Below, one piece after another: positions 1 through 11,508 of a DNA stretch of 64,000 nucleotides. How positions within the stretch are numbered: the stretch's first letter is position 1; each line of letters starts with the position of its first letter. Made by a program: the position numbers and the translations under genes. Source of the stretch: Balanoglossus misakiensis. Lineage: Eukaryota; Animalia; Hemichordata. The DNA is taken from positions 18,246,728-18,310,727 of the forward strand of contig CM082578.2 in assembly GCA_040954595.2 (NCBI GenBank), written 5' to 3'. Under the pieces are notes generated by a model. It was not told the origin of the DNA and ran no database searches. It saw only the letters and a list, made by a program, of their open reading frames with translations.

Positions 1-40
1 AGCTGAAATAAAATCCAGCACTCTCACTGTATCTTGATAG

Positions 41-213
41 TGTATAGTTTGCCAGAGGGAAGAAAGATAATGTGTAAGACGAGGAGTTGGGAGAAATCCC
101 AGGCTCTGAGGAATGTACATCTTATGTTCTTATCTGGTAGAACAGAGAGTACTGAATCTGAAAAGTCTGAAAGAAGACTTTCTTCTAATACAGAAAATGA
201 GGTTTTCATTTAA
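41..213 (+). CDS. Candidate terminal coding exon of an upstream gene (starts outside window)
   Basis: Acceptor-like ctctcactgtatcttgatAG (39-40), then an open phase-1 frame (V)YSLPEGRKIMCKTRSWEK...ESTESEKSERRLSSNTENEVFI* with TAA at 211-213, followed by long T/G-rich UTR-like sequence. No homology recognised. Confidence 0.3.
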
Positions 214-3200
214 TGATACCCTGGAGGCATAGTGAAACATGAAAACCAGACTAACCCTCACAGACAAAGCTGGGTTTATAATCTGATGGATAGAAACAGT
301 TTTTGTCTAGTTTTTCAGTCACATTTTTTTCACGTGTAGTTAAATACTTGATAATGCTGTCAAAGGACCTCATTTAGATACAAGTTGACATCAAATATCA
401 CCATGATCACTTCAATATTAAAACCAAGAAACTTTTTTTGCACCGAAGTGTGACACATGTTTCGTAAAAAATATTCAAAATCACTGCTCAGGTTCCTATG
501 ACTTTAAAATATGCAAGCATTGCTCAAAAAATTGACCGAGGTTGTAAGAGGCTTTTCAAATTAACAAGAAAACTGGAAAGAACTCCATGGCAACATCATC
601 CGATTAAGAAACTGAAAACTGAGACACTGAAGCTGTTCTGTTGATAATTGATGTCAACTAGAAATTTGAACAGTCATTGTGAAGAAGATTTTGAGTGACA
701 AGACTGAGATGCAAGATTGAAAACTTTCTAGAAATAGCAAAAAACAACAACAACACGACAATCAACCTCTTCTTATGCCAGACAGATAGCAATAGTTTCA
801 TTTTAGGACGGTGTGACTTATTTTCTTCGTTTTCAGAACAAGCTTTGACAATACATTTTTTACAGAAAGCCCAGCAGCTTCTTTCTAATAATATTGACAC
901 ACTCCTGTCGTAAATGACATGTGTAAATATATTTGGCTGAGGCACTTGTATTGATTAGTTTGGATTACTTAATAGAACTGCCGCTTTTAGTCATATTGTC
1001 ATGTGCATATCTGGTTTTCAATTAACACTCTTTATGCTGTTTGATTTCCGATACATTTTCCATCATCATGTTGCTAGTCCAAAGTCACAACATATGAAGG
1101 GACGCTGATTGGAATACTGTGATGTGCCATACACAAAGTCTTGTTTCAGTTTTGTGGAGTGTACACACATGTCCATGTTTCGAGATGGCATACAAATCTG
1201 GGATCCTGATCAGCAATTTCTTAATTTGATGTTTTTGACTGCCTTTATTCATTTCGTGCACTTGACTGATTACATGTGCACACAACAATCTTCTCCCAAG
1301 TCTCTCTGAAATGAAATAGCACTTGGTGTAATATTCAGTATGGTCATGGCGTAAGCAATTCCATTAACGTTCAATTTAATCTGTGGGGGAGACCACATAC
1401 ATGTTTTAGTGGTAGAACAGAAGTGTTGTGCAGAGAAAAGTTGACATTACTTCTTGTCTAAATGATAAATAATAATGGAATAGCTATGTAATATTGTTGA
1501 TTAGAATGTATGTTCTGTAAGTATCGAAATTTACAGTAATTTCTATAGAATACAGTCTATATTAGCTGAATTACTCTCTTGGGATTTTGAGGATGTAATA
1601 TCAAGATAGATAATTCATCAATTTTGAAAGAGTTTTCTATTTCTTTATTCTCAGACTGTGATAAATCTCTGCCCGAAGGCTTTCATATCTAAAATTTATG
1701 TGGATTTCTAAAATGCTAAGTAATTTGGATTATTTGGTATTAATATTGTGGAAATTAGATATCTGTGGATGCTCCCTGGACGTTGTTACGGCTGCCAGAA
1801 ATAAATTTTCCATGATGTGTGTTTTCATAGATAGACAGCTTTCTGTATAAAGAGAGGCTGGAATAACACCGAAATTCAGTGGATACTGAGAGGGACCACT
1901 GAGTAGATCGGTCGAATAAAGTGTTCTCAAATTTTCTTTGGAGAAGGACAAATATGAAGTTTGAAAACTTCATACAAGTACATGTATTGCAGCTTTTTGT
2001 CTTCTTGGTAAATTTGATTTTAAAAGTCAAGCAGTGGGGAATAATTTCATAGTTTTATCAGGCGTTATATTGCTTTAATGAATTGGAGTTTAAAGTATGA
2101 ATTATACCTCTGATTGTCTGTGTAGAAATTAATTTGACCTTTTCAAACTCGAGTTTCAATATAAATGCATAATCTAAATACCCAGATTGAGTAATTGGAA
2201 ATGTCATTTTTTCTCTCAAGTGTAAGTGCTTCAGGATGTGTGTGGCGTGTTAATGAGTTTTAAATGACCAGGGTATTAATTCAATGCACTTAACAATGTA
2301 ATAAATGTATTTGGTATTCATTCTGTGAATATCATTTTCAGTATTATTATGCGTATTTAGTGTGACTGAGCTGATGTTTCTGTTGCTGAAGTTTTCTGGG
2401 AGAATGAAGTCCCTGGCTAAAATTCCCCCAACTTAAAGTTATGACGAGGGGATACAATCCTGGAACTGAGGTTATACTTTCATTCACCCTGGGTCCATGT
2501 TGACAACTGTAAACTTTCAATATATCCAAATGGTGTGTAGAAGAAATACTACATGTACACCTGGATGTGCGTATGAACACATAAAGCATTCTAGGGTTAC
2601 TTAATACTGTCGCCCTAGCAACACACCATGTGTCAGCTCACCATGTCTGCTATATTCCCAAGGTGATTGCTTTCATTCATGATGATTATACATCAGGGGT
2701 TTTTGTCATGATTATTATGATGAAGCTAATCCCTAGGATAGGTCGAGGTCACTTTCCATAATCTTTACTTTGTCTACTGTTAGATTGGAGTTCCACAAAT
2801 CTGCCCAGACCGCAAAATGATTATTGATCGTAACGTGTGAGAGTGCCAAAGTGTCGAAGAGGTTTTGCTGTTTGCATCACAGGTCATTATCACAGATCAC
2901 TTGGCAAGGCTTTTGCAGCATTTAATGCAAGGAGAATTGAATTATCCTGGGTATGGACAGTAATGCAAGTTATAATCATATTTGCATTGATGACCGTCAT
3001 ATCTCTATTAGCAGGATACCAAGCAAGTCATGGTAGACAAGGTTGGCAGTCAAAGGCGACCAGTGAATGTTATTACATTTGACCTCCGCCGCTAATTCGG
3101 TGAATTTGAAAATAAAAGAAGCGTCGTGCGCTTGAAATCCTTGGTGGTGTTTATAATTTCATTTGAATCAGCCAGAGATGAGCTGAACTGTCAATTGTGA

Positions 3201-4167
3201 ATTTATGTGATATAAAAGTTCCACAAATTGGAATGATGTGCTTAGTGTTAACTTATTCTCTGTATTGTTCAGTTTCTCTGGTGTTGGTGAATAATAAGTG
3301 CCAGTAGTGGTAACTTTGTTTTAAGACTACATTTTCAGTATTTGTGTTGTCTTGTTTGACTACCCAAATCCTAATGAGATGCCGAGTGTTTAGCTATGAT
3401 CACCATGGCAGTTTTTAAGCAAGCATTGAAAATTTAATTGTTGTTGTCTAGACTTGAATTTATTTGTCAACAATATACAAAAGGTTATTACACATGATGT
3501 ACAGTCCATATTGGCAAAGAACGTGTTGCACAGAGTATTGTAAACAGTGCACTATCGTTGTATTTTATCATATTAAAGGAAGTAGAACAACAGATTGCTG
3601 TTGATGCACAAAGCAAAAATAAAATTTAAGTTATAGCTGCAATCTCCTTAAGCTGCATATATATATTTTTTCACTGAGAATAATCAAATGTAAACTGGTT
3701 TTTAAAATGTACAAGATTGATTTAATAATAGATGTAAATTTGTTTGTTTAGGCTGATAAACATGAAGTATTGATACAGTAAATACTGCCGGTCCTTTTTC
3801 ATTCTGAAGAGTGACGTTATTTGATGATAATCTCTTTAGAGTAATTTTATCGTGTGCAATGGCTTTCATGATGTTTAAAGTATAGAAGTGGTGTCTGTTT
3901 ACTTAGTAATTGCAAATCTGTACACGGCTGATGCAGATATTTCTGTGTGTTTACAGATGTGGATGTTATGCACATGTACACTGGTGACTAACTTTTTATA
4001 GAAGCATAAGGACGTCAGAGATTGCAATGCAAATGCAAATCGTGTACCAGCATAAAAAGTGTTTATAGTCTTCATAGCCATGATGCGTGACATGAAATTT
4101 TTTTTGTAAACTGCGATGTACACGACAGGTTTGTATAATGACCAGCTAATTCTAGCTGATCTGGTAA

Positions 4168-4221
4168 AGAGAGAAGGAGAGAGAGAGCGAGAGAAAAAGA
4201 GAGGGGAGGGAGAGGGAGAGG
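4168..4221 (+). repeat. GA-rich simple repeat
   Basis: agagagaaggagagagagagcgagagaaaaagagaggggagggagagggagag. Confidence 0.8.
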
Positions 4222-6639
4222 GCTTCTGATATCAGAGCTCTGATATATTCAAATTTGCAAGAATAAATTACACCCCCCCCCCCATTTTGTATGTGTCTTT
4301 CAAGAACCAGGATGTTTTATCAAATCTGTCGTATTGTATAAATTTTGTAAAGTCTTGAAAGTTTTTTTAGTACATTGTACATGTACACCATCAACATAAA
4401 ATGCCATGTACAGTGCCTTTTTTTTTAATTTAAATTTTTACTGTCTACATGAAAGACCATATTTTCCATATATGCCTGTAATCCTTCAGGAGATACTGAA
4501 ACCATTGAATTAAGTGGAATGTGTTTCTATGGAAACAGCTTGCATGATAATGACAATAGCCTAATTTTGCCTGTGTAGGTGCTGATGGCTATGTGAACCT
4601 GGGCTGAACAACTGCAAATACAAGCAGAGTACTGTTTGTTGTGACAATTCCATCAATCTCTTAAGGCACCAAGAAGAACATTTTCGGTGTTAAAAATGAA
4701 ACTCATTGATGTCTACACAAAATGTTTGAGTGCATGTACAAATTGTTATGCATGAATTGGAGCTGTCCCCAAGTCAGTGATACCGTAGCGCAGAGTTGAA
4801 ATGTCCTGACAACTGAAAGATTAAAATTTGTTGTGTTGCCCAGCAAAGTGCAGATGATGCTTTCACCAAGGCACAAACGTTACACAGATTGCATGAAACA
4901 TGAAAATGATGGAGACAAAAATCTGATAGTGTGATAACAGTGATAAGTGTCTGCTGAAATGTCAGATAAAATGTGACAGCTATTCACTGTATGTATTCAT
5001 TGGAACTCAAATCCTAACAGATGGCTGCCTATCTTTTTGGTATGACCAATCTGTGCAGAGTAGAGATAGCATGGCTGCCATACACATTTAAATGTTATTG
5101 CTCGTTGCGTGGTACAAGATTTAATCTCTACTCTAGGTTAAGTGGCAATAATCGACTGAGTATTAAACATGATGAAATCAAGGCGTGCAATGCAACAAAA
5201 AAGCTGATTTGAACATTGCAGATCTGTTATATTTTCGAAGCCTGACTGTTGATACTAATGCAGCGTAATACATGTAGGCCCTGACTACACCTATATGGGA
5301 CTATATTGCTCCTGGCTAACGGATACACCCATCTGATCCTATTGCTGCATGATTTGACGGGTTCCAGCAGTCCTGGTGCCACAGGATCTGACCAGTGTCA
5401 TTTGTGATGAGGGTACACTGTAATATCATTAGCTATTAAAGTCCCCAGAGCAAAACGACAAAATTTGTACCTGCTGATGATGCTGATTTGTTGAGTAAAG
5501 TTTTGTTGTTTTCAGAGTGAAAACATTTCCCTAACATGTAGATGTGTGCAAAACTTGCTTGTTGGTTTCAAGACTTCACTTTTCATATGTCTCAGACTCA
5601 GTCAGTGGTATCAAATCAAACGTATTTGTTCACTTTCCTTAAAAAATGTTTTGGATTCTTTGATTCCAGAATGGAAACAGCTTTATGGTCACTGGAAGAA
5701 TGGCTTCTTGTAGATTTGATGAAGTTGTACATATAACTCTACACAAAATGTTTTAAGCACAACATTTATGCCAACGACATTAAGGAATAAAAGGGCTCTC
5801 ATTAATTACAGATCAGATATCATGCTGTTCACATATGAATTTTCAACCAATATCGGGAAAGGACAGGTATTCATAGAGTTGTCATCAATAACACTTTTCA
5901 AAAGACTGTTTAATTCTATTTTATTGACCCGCTAAAATTCTAACCTTGCAGATGCTCTCAGTATGGTCTCATAATGTGTTGACAGTTATTGATATTTCAT
6001 TTCTGGAACAGAAGACCTGTGATAATTGACATTTTTGTGGGGGAGTAATAGCTCAGTGTTTTTTAACTTGCCATTGGCCCTTGCATGGTCGTAGCAGCTA
6101 AACCCAATATTTAAGGCCATTGAAAATTCATCAGAGAAATACGGAGATGAATTGGCATTGTTGCGTGTGTATGGCACACTCATGAATTATCTGTAGCCTT
6201 AAACGGAGGAGAAAAAGAAAATAAGTGAAATTGTATATGCGTTTTATGGCATGGGTCAGTGCTTTTAATGAATAATGGTTGATGTATGGTATTATTTTGT
6301 AGAAAAATGGAAAATTGTATGGTCTGTGATGCGACCATAGTGTGTCAGTTTATATGCATGGGTATAATGATTCGTTGCAATATGTAAGGGCACTGTCAGG
6401 CTTTGTTAGGGAAATCAAGCTGTTGCCATGGTAATCATGAACTCCTATGCTGGGTTTTTGTTTGATAGTGTGAATTGTATGGGAAGCTGTTTGAGAGCAG
6501 AACTCGGGTGCAGAATTTTGGAGCCTAATGGAAATTGGATGGACTGTAAACAAGCTGTTTACCAAGAATCTTAGCTGCCGGTGTTGGTTGTAGATCACTA
6601 CGTAGTTCTAAGATTCCCTGTTGTCAAGCAAAACAGTAG

Positions 6640-6945
6640 TGTGTCACTCTGTGTGCCAGTATTGCCTTGTGTCACTGTTATGTGTGGTTTGTCTCGCTGT
6701 GTACAGCATTGTCATTGTGAGTGTCACTGCGTGTCTTACTGTGTGTGTTACTGTGTGTGTAAGTATGTATGTCACTATTTGATACCAATATGTCACTGTG
6801 ATACTGCATATGGTATATCACTGTGTGTGTCTCTATGATTTTTCATTGTAATCTGTCTGTGTGGACGTCAATATCCCTGTACAAATGTCACTGTTTGTCA
6901 TTGAAATTATGTCACTGCATATATGTACCGTTGCTGTGTGTGCTA
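6640..6945 (+). repeat. Degenerate TG-rich low-complexity repeat (tgtgtcac-like units)
   Basis: Recurrent tgtcactg / tgtgtcac / tgtcattg units; source of the Cys/Val-rich spurious ORFs. Confidence 0.65.
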
Positions 6946-9900
6946 GTTTTGACTGGAAAGGAGTACTCGTTCCCTGTAAGAGTTACCCAGACTCTACGGA
7001 TGGGATAATTGATGTTTCTGACACATTCAGTGACAAGAATAGAGATGTATAATTAATGAGTGTTTAACTACTTGTTAATTACAAATTACTTACCCTTGCG
7101 TGGGTAGGAATCTGATGGCAGTGAGTGATGGAACATGATTCTCTCTCCGATGATGATGATCTTCACAGAGAGTCTCCCAGCTCCGCACCAAGGGATGGAT
7201 TTGATATTTCAGGTGTTCAGTTGCCACCTCTGCCTGTTGTAGGTTCTGCTCTTAGGGGTCACAGTTGGCAAAGACTGGTTATTCCCGACACTGCGTTCTC
7301 TCTCTCTCTCTCTTGCTGTCGGTGTTTCTGTGTATCTGTCACAGTTTTACTTTTCCATGTGACTTAATGTTTCTCCCACCACATTGGTGTGTGTTCCCTC
7401 GTACACAGGTTGACGCCTGGCAGCTGAGTGGGCTGTATAGATGTGGAGCTGTTGGTATAATATTGCCAGTCTGGAAGGTATTTGCCGTCTCATTGGTAAA
7501 AAAATAATAATACAATGCTCCTGTACAACTGGGGTGGCAGTAGTTACCTGGAACACATATAAATCTGGCAGTTGTATTCTGGACTAAAATACAATGTTAC
7601 TGTTCAGCTGTGTTTTTACCAAATTACCACAGCAGCTAATTAACCCAGCCCACCATCAAAACATTTTTCAGATTGACATGCACTCAGCATTAGGTAGCTA
7701 GGGTGGTGCACTTTTATTCAAAATGATGGGCAAAACACAATAGCGACGTTTGGATTATTGTCCTGCAGCCCATCTGTTTTGCACCTGCCCACCCCTATCC
7801 AAGCGGCAGTGGTATAGCCCAGTTTGTCAAGTTCTCAATGGTTTGCACATACATATATACCGTATGATAAAGCTGGATTTCAATTGAAAAAGTGAGAGAG
7901 AGATTTTTGTAACAGGCACAGAAGGTTAATCTCATTGGAGGAAGTCATTGAAATCCCAAGGATCTTCCCCTCGCCTTTTGAGTCTTTGTTATGTCTCTCT
8001 GGATTGAGACTGGGTCGGTCAAATTTACCAAACATGTAATGATGTTGGAAACTATCTGGATGCTGTAATGGATAGTTTATCTGATTTGACAACAAATGTG
8101 TTGGACATTATATGAGGATCAGAGCATATGAAATCATAAATAGAAATATGATAAAGAACAACTGAGTTGAATGGCTATGTGCTTTTTAAATAACATCTGG
8201 TAGTGATGATGATATCTTTGCTTAGTTTCATCAATATCTGCCTTACCACGTAGTTGGATTTTTAAAAGGTGAAATAAGAGACGATAGCCCCAAGATAATA
8301 ACCTTACTGCCTCCATAAACTCCCATTTCCTTGAAACACACAGAAGAGGGAGACAATTCTACTTCTCTCATATCGACCAAGAATGGGCTTGGAAGCCAGG
8401 GTTATTTTTCACCGTATGTTCTATTGCATTTCACACAAAGGACAGTTTTCATGTGAGTGGAATGAAATTCAGTCGTGTGGACTATGTCTATATTTAAAAC
8501 ACCTACGTGTCTGGAAATATATTTTTATGCATTTTAATTAAACTATACAGTGAGGCGGTGGCCATTTATAAACATTGTGGGGTTTTAATTCCAGTGCTGC
8601 TAAGAATGCTTTATGAGTCATAAACAGAAATAATTGTGTGGTTGTTTTAATTTTATGTCTTCGGATTTGATAAATTGAATATTAAAATTAATATTTAAAA
8701 CATTAGTTCTTAGATTAAAAGTGAACAAATTAGATCTTGATTAATCATGAAATTTGCTCTTGTTCTTAATTTTTTGTGATTATGATATTATTAGAAAAGC
8801 ATAAAATAAAAAAAAGATTATGCAAAGTAAATAGTGTGTTGTCTGTTTTTGGCCTATAGATAATCAGACAGAATGATAAACAATAAGTCAATGACAAACC
8901 GTTTAAATATGGAGTTGGCACCTTAATGATGCCTCTCTAATGGCCACTTTTCAAATATTTTCCGAATTAAATAAACACAATTGCTGTAGTACTTACCAAT
9001 ATTTTTAGTATTTGCACCAGCAAAATATTTGACACGGTGTTTATAACTCTAGGTTATTGATGATACAGTCCGGGTAATCAGTCATAGAGCGCTCTGCATC
9101 TGTTGTGCATTCGGTTGGCTCTCAAACTGTAGACAAAGATCTAGTGTTTGCAATACTTTTTTCAAGTTTACTCTGATTTTATTGGGTTTCAGACGAAAAA
9201 GAAAGTAAATGCTGAGGTCAGCTTATTACATTGTGTCTGCATTCACTGGAACTTAAGCAGTGAACTCTATGAGTCACTCAATTCAACCATAGACACGCAA
9301 AATCCAATTTAATTCAGGTCACCCCTTGTCATTTGTGGCCTACATCCATCTCTGCATTGTTGAACAAGACAGCGGTTTCACTTTTGTACCTTTCCAGCAG
9401 ATTGTCCACACTTATCACAACGTCAGCAATTTGTACAACGCACATTGTTATCATTGCACAATTTCCTGATGGTGCGTTCTTACAAATCATGACACCTGTT
9501 GTCAGGGTCAGGTTATTTGTGTGTAACATAGTGTTAGCATCTGCATGGTGGTGGTGTACATTAGTGGCAATTATTTTCCTTGTTCTGCTCAAGAAGATAT
9601 GCTGATTTGTCAGTATATTAAAGGGGCATATGTGATACACTGTCTATTAAGAATTATTTTACATTAATATGTACATGTAGTGTACAAATGACAATTAAGA
9701 AGGTTGTGTCAGGATATTTATGTCTTTTTTTGACCCTGTGGCTTTGCGGAATATTAATCTGTAATTAGAAGTGAAGCGGACAATTGTGATGTCATCAGCC
9801 CACTCATAGACTGCTGTTGTTTGGTGACAGCTTTGTTTAACGAGTGTATTCTTCAACTCTTTACATGTAAGTAACTGCTGCTGAGTGGTTGAAATTGATA

Positions 9901-9975
9901 ATCAGAGAGGGGATTGAGTTGAGTGTGTACACAAAATATCGAGTGGATGTGTAGACTTTTCTCATTGAGTGCGCT

Positions 9976-10213
9976 GCTGTCAAGGGTGTTGGAATTTAAT
10001 GCACCGTCTTGATGTTTGATGGGAGGGGGGGATGGGAAGGGAGGGGATGTCTCCAGTTGAGTGCTGTCAAGGGTGTTGGAATTTAATGCACCGTCTTGAT
10101 GTTTGATGGGAGGGGGGGATGGGAAGGGAGGGGATGTCTCCAGTTGAGTGCTGTCAAGGGTGTTGGAATTTAATGCACCGTCTTGATGTTTGATGGGAGG
10201 GGGGGGGGGGATG
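9976..10213 (+). repeat. 87-bp tandem repeat, ~2.7 near-identical copies, G-rich
   Basis: Unit gctgtcaagggtgttggaatttaatgcaccgtcttgatgtttgatgggagggggggatgggaagggaggggatgtctccagttgagt begins at 9976, 10063 and 10150. Confidence 0.95.
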
Positions 10214-11425
10214 TTGCCAGTTTGTAGAATGTTTCCAGTCAAACTGCAACCCATATTTCCATGGAAACAATATGAAATCAATAAATCTTAAATAAGATAT
10301 CAATGTAATGTCAATTAAAAGAAAAGATGAGTGGTGCAAGTAACAAAGCATCACAAATGGATGAAAATCAATAATGTCAAAAATGACGTATAGCAATATA
10401 ATCACGAGACTTATGATGGTGCGTAAGCACTCTTTGTGAAATGAAGTGGAATGAATTGACAGTTATTTCCTGTTAAGTGACTTGTATGGTGATTGAAAAT
10501 CTTATAATTCTTCAGTGTACATTTATGTGTGTTTTTGTTTGTTACTTTATTTAGTTTCACCCGAAGGGTTATTTTTCTTCAACACACGTAAATATGTTGA
10601 ATTTTTTTCTTCTTTCAAAAGTTACAAATGATGAGCAAGATATGAGAACAAGTTTAAGAATTTGATTTTCGAGGTGGGAACTACCTTAATACGGATGTGG
10701 CATGAGATGACATGTGGGCTCTTTGGACTGTGCACAAAACGTGATGAGGAAGTCTGATGAGGACAGAAAATGTTTTTCACAACAGTACAATGGAGTTATT
10801 TTCATCACAGAATTCGTTTTGTGTTATGGCTTGTGAAGTAAATAAGAAAAACATGCTGTTGCCATGGTTATATGGTGGCCATGTTGTTTCATCAAAGATA
10901 TAGAGTTGTAATAATGGAGTGTGTGCAGTACATCCACCATTGTATGAAGACCTGAACATGGCAATATGGCTATTGGAAAAGAAAATTCTCTTTCTATGAT
11001 GAGTATTTTTTGTCAGTGGATGTGAGTAACATTTTGGGACTGAAAAAGGCGACTGTCCAGGCCTGCCATTATTAGTTTGATGTTTCTGAGAAACATTTTA
11101 GATCAAACTGCAGTTGCAGAACAAATCAAGTTCCCCCTGTTCGTCTTTAGAGAGCAAGAATGATAGCATGGAATCAAGTTACACATCTAGACGAGATGAA
11201 ACGTCATTTCAACATTAGAATCAAATGAAAATTAATATACTGCCCCCTGGTTGGCCTGTACATCATCGCAGAATTAATATTCATGTACATACATGAGAAC
11301 ACTAGTAAACAGCGTCAAGCAGTGCACGATTTCTAGAAAACACAGCTGGACGGTTTTGCTCTTAGAGATGAAAGAGCCCAGGGAAAACATCTGTTATCAT
11401 TATGTTGATTGTTCGCAAAGGGATG

Positions 11426-11466
11426 CATCATCGTCATCATTATTATCATCGTTGTCATTGTTGTCG

Positions 11467-11508
<42 letters not shown>
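11426..11508 (+). repeat. (CAT)n microsatellite
   Basis: Pure tcatcatca run ~11467-11508 with a degenerate left flank. Confidence 0.95.

Noticed and set aside
5436-5452. TTAAAGTCCCC terminus resembling the reverse complement at ~61137-61152
   Set aside because: Probably isolated ends of a Kolobok-like family; no matching partner end found nearby, so no element could be delimited.
6581-6838. Cys-rich, metallothionein-like ORF
   Set aside because: Arises from TG-rich low-complexity DNA; non-ATG start and no exon signals.
9853-10281. 142-aa repetitive minus-strand ORF
   Set aside because: Open only because the 87-bp repeat unit is a multiple of 3; no splice context or homology.
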